NCBI GenBank assembly: GCA_019057375.1
Contig: DXJF01000071.1
Span: 1-20,510 of the forward strand
Source of the DNA: Candidatus Heimdallarchaeota archaeon
GTDB taxonomy: Archaea; Asgardarchaeota; Heimdallarchaeia; Heimdallarchaeales; Heimdallarchaeaceae
Direction of reading: 5' to 3'
Length of the DNA stretch: 20,510 nucleotides
Under the pieces are notes generated by a model, which was not told where the DNA came from, searched no databases, and worked only from the letters and a program-made list of their open reading frames with translations. Made by a program: the position numbers and the translations under genes. This document shows, in pieces, positions 18,332-20,510 of this stretch (position 1 is its first letter; each line of letters opens with the position of its first letter).

Positions 18332-18742
18332 TTAACCTTTATCCTTATTTTTCTTAAAAGTAGTACTAATATTGTTTATGTCTTCAGTTATTTCAACTGG
18401 ATTGATGAAGAATCTTCCTCTTTCAGAGGAACATAATTTCTTCTTCCTTTTAAGTTCAGATAATCTTGAACTAATTGTGTCTTTGGTTTTACCTGTAAAA
18501 TCTATTAGTTCCTGGTTTGATACCTCAGGTTTTTCTCTTAAACCTAGATCATGAGCAAATCTTGCACCTACAATATACAGTAGTATATTTTGCTTATCAG
18601 TAAGGGTTTTTGCTGGTATTTTGAACTTTATAACTCCATTAGTTTTATTTATCTGAAGTAGTGGTTCTACCTTCAAAATTATATCTTGAAGAATCTCCTC
18701 ATCATCAAATAATAGCTCTTTTAATTGTTCCTTGTATGTCAT
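18332..18742 (-). CDS. Winged-helix DNA-binding protein, paralog 2
   Basis: 136 aa, GGTGA RBS. VSNQELIDFTGKTKDTISSRLSELKR HTH followed by an ERGRFFINP wing. Confidence 0.78.
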   Translation of the reverse strand: MTYKEQLKELLFDDEEILQDIILKVEPLLQINKTNGVIKFKIPAKTLTDKQNILLYIVGARFAHDLGLREKPEVSNQELIDFTGKTKDTISSRLSELKRKKKLCSSERGRFFINPVEITEDINNISTTFKKNKDKG

Positions 18743-18750
18743 GAATTCAC

Positions 18751-19143
18751 CTATATGTGTTTCGAAATTATATTCTCAAGAAAGCTCTTTATATCATAAA
18801 AAACCACTTCATATTTTCCTCTATCTTTAAATCTGACCTTTCTTTCTCGTACTAGTTCTGATATACGAGCAGATGAGATTTTTTTATCAGCATTTAGGTT
18901 TCTTGAAATTTCATCAAGGGTAATAACGCAGTCATCTGATAGTTCTGCTTCATGAGCAAACTTCTTTCCAATAAGTAGAAGCAGGATCTTTTCTTTGAGA
19001 CTTATCTCCTTCCCTTGAATTTTAAGAAGAATATCTCCATTTTCTGTAATGCCAATAACCTTACTTGCTAAAGATACAAGTTCTTTCAAATTCTCTTCCT
19101 CACGTATTAGAAGAGCTTTCCGAATAGTTTCCTTTTTTGACAC
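18751..19143 (-). CDS. Winged-helix DNA-binding protein, paralog 1
   Basis: 130 aa, GTG start with GGTGA RBS at 19154-19150. ITLDEISRNLNADKKISSARISELVR HTH followed by a DRGKYEV wing. Confidence 0.78.
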   Translation of the reverse strand: MSKKETIRKALLIREEENLKELVSLASKVIGITENGDILLKIQGKEISLKEKILLLLIGKKFAHEAELSDDCVITLDEISRNLNADKKISSARISELVRERKVRFKDRGKYEVVFYDIKSFLENIISKHI

Positions 19144-19177
19144 TTAATGTCACCATAAATAACAGCAGTGATAAAAG

Positions 19178-19194
19178 TATATAAATCTTTTTTT
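19178..19194 (-). promoter_or_regulatory. Archaeal BRE + TATA box of the wHTH operon
   Basis: Minus strand reads AAAAAAAGA-TTTATATA, with the TATA ending 35 nt before the GTG at 19143. This is a canonical archaeal TATA with purine-rich BRE at plausible spacing. Confidence 0.6.
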
Positions 19195-19540
19195 ACACGC
19201 TAGTTTTAAATTGTACATGTGTAGGCTTCTAATGCCGAAATTAAGAGTATAGATAGTGTGTTATGACGCCATTTTAGCGTATTCTTTGTATTACGCTACA
19301 CTTAAAATAGAAGATATAAATAAACCACATTTCTATGCTCTAGAGATTGGAAATCTCTTCTAACAATCGAGTTCTTACATGAAAAGAAATAAAAAATAAT
19401 TAGCTTATATGTAGTAGAAGAAATTAATGTAAATTTCTTTAAGTTTGTGATCATTTTCTTTATTCTGCAAAACCTACTCTCTTCCTAGAAGTAGGATGAT
19501 TTGAGATTACTTTTTGTTTCTAAAGTTAGATGAAACAACA

Positions 19541-20101
19541 TTATAAGTGCATAATCTCAAAATCCCATTCTCCTTTCCTTTTTTCAGATGGAATTCCTCT
19601 TCCTTCTCTGTAGTAGTTTTCATACCATGTTCCTCTGTAGTTAACAAATCGGTAGAAATCAGTATTTTTATCAATACTAAGGAAGTATACTCTTTTAATA
19701 TCATTATCATGTTTTTTTAGATATTGAAACTTCTGTATGTCTTTTTGAGCTTCTTCATCTTTTAATTTTGGTAGGAACTTAAACTCAAAAACAAACCAAA
19801 ATCGTCCTATATCTCGGTACCAAAATTCTTCATTTTCCCATTCTGAAGCTACTTGTGACTTCATTATCACTAAATCGTAGAAATAATTATAATCTGGATC
19901 TTTGTATTTTAAGAACAGTCTAGTTCCTGGGTATTTATCGATAAAGGTCCTCAGATGGTGATAAAATGAAGCAATTAAAGTATCTTCATAATACATTATA
20001 TTTCTATTCTCCAAATCCTCCTTTACTTTTACAGCCCATACTCTTTCGATTTCCTTTTCTAGTTCACTTATGTTAGGATAATTCTTCATTCTTTCATTCA
20101 T
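19541..20101 (-). CDS. PD-(D/E)XK restriction-endonuclease-like protein
   Basis: 186 aa, GGAGG RBS. Ordered motifs EDTLIASFYHHL, YDLVI, VFEFK and KDIQKFQYL match the PD-(D/E)XK core. It has no cysteines, so it is not Cas4. Confidence 0.65.
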   Translation of the reverse strand: MNERMKNYPNISELEKEIERVWAVKVKEDLENRNIMYYEDTLIASFYHHLRTFIDKYPGTRLFLKYKDPDYNYFYDLVIMKSQVASEWENEEFWYRDIGRFWFVFEFKFLPKLKDEEAQKDIQKFQYLKKHDNDIKRVYFLSIDKNTDFYRFVNYRGTWYENYYREGRGIPSEKRKGEWDFEIMHL

Positions 20102-20160
20102 TAAACAACCTCCTCTGATTGCACATAATTATTTGATTATATCTTTATTAATTTTATGAT

Positions 20161-20195
20161 TAACTTTGCATTAAGGTCTTCTTCTTGGAGCTTCC
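20161..20195 (+). repeat. Dispersed direct repeat, copy 4
   Basis: TAACTTTGCATTAAGGTCTTCTTCTTGGAGCTTCC; 31/35 identical to 16201-16235, exactly 3960 nt away. Confidence 0.8.
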
Positions 20196-20281
20196 TCCTT
20201 GTAAGAAGATGTTGCTGATTACAGGATACTGCAAAGTACTTATTACAGGAAATTTCCTAAGCTAGCTACTTCAAAAGTTTC

Positions 20282-20510
20282 ATTTTCTCACTACTAAGTT
20301 TAACTTAAACTTTCATCAGCCCATTCTGGACGGTAATCGTGTTTGATTAATTATTTTCACACTACTAAGTTTAACTTAAACTTTATAGATGTCCGAAATG
20401 TAATGCTGTCTTAAAAGATTTTCACACTACTAAGTTTAACTTAAACATAATATTTGTTTTAAACGTTCTGCCTTATCCATATATTTTCACACTACTAAGT
20501 TTAACTTAAA
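20282..20510 (-). CRISPR. CRISPR array, probable trailer end (4 repeats, 3 spacers visible; truncated by window edge)
   Basis: 29-nt repeat ATTTTCACACTACTAAGTTTAACTTAAAC at 20353-20381, 20418-20446 and 20483-20510 (last base cut), plus a one-mismatch copy at 20282-20310. Unique spacers of 42, 36 and 36 nt. The reverse complement GTTTAAGTTAAACTTAGTAGTGTGAAAAT has the usual GTTT...GAAA(A)T polarity, and the degenerate copy then falls at the trailer. Confidence 0.92.

Noticed and set aside
18372-19710. ORFs 18372-18554 (+) and 19507-19710 (-)
   Set aside because: Alternate-frame overlaps of wHTH paralog 2 and the PD-(D/E)XK gene.
19541-20101. Calling the CRISPR-adjacent nuclease Cas4
   Set aside because: It contains no cysteines, so it has no Fe-S cluster ligands, and it has no RecB-type QxxxY motif.
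20218-20250. ATTACAGGA duplicated 24 nt apart; possible extra degenerate CRISPR repeat at the expected period
   Set aside because: Only 9 nt, and alignment to the 29-nt repeat is poor.

Overview
AT-rich archaeal DNA, probably Asgard/Heimdallarchaeia-like. This is an inference from the type II GAPDH, GGTGA/GGAGG ribosome-binding sites, a BRE+TTTATATA promoter and C-terminally anchored NosD beta-helix proteins. Left half (1-10.4 kb): accessory metabolic and surface genes (tandem GNAT, PapA5/condensation-type acyltransferase, alpha/beta hydrolase, two NosD proteins, an internally duplicated 8-TM protein, gap) mixed with three gene remnants (aldo-keto reductase, RimJ-type GNAT, GMC oxidoreductase). 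Middle: a three-gene MacB/FtsX-type ABC operon and a frameshifted QueG-like Fe-S gene. Right end: a minus-strand operon of three paralogous ~135-aa winged-helix proteins plus a wHTH-like/PLD-like nuclease fusion. Upstream of it lie a PD-(D/E)XK nuclease-like gene and the likely trailer end of a CRISPR array (29-nt repeat, cut by the window edge, no cas genes in view). A ~33-60 bp direct repeat occurs four times in the same orientation in intergenic DNA (10444, 15130, 16201, 20161) and separates gene modules. The best-matching pair (31/35) brackets the 4-kb wHTH/nuclease block. The wHTH x3 + nuclease block, its bounding repeats and the adjacent array are the best candidate for an undescribed (defence or mobile) system. 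All protein calls are from motif recognition; no database searches were run.
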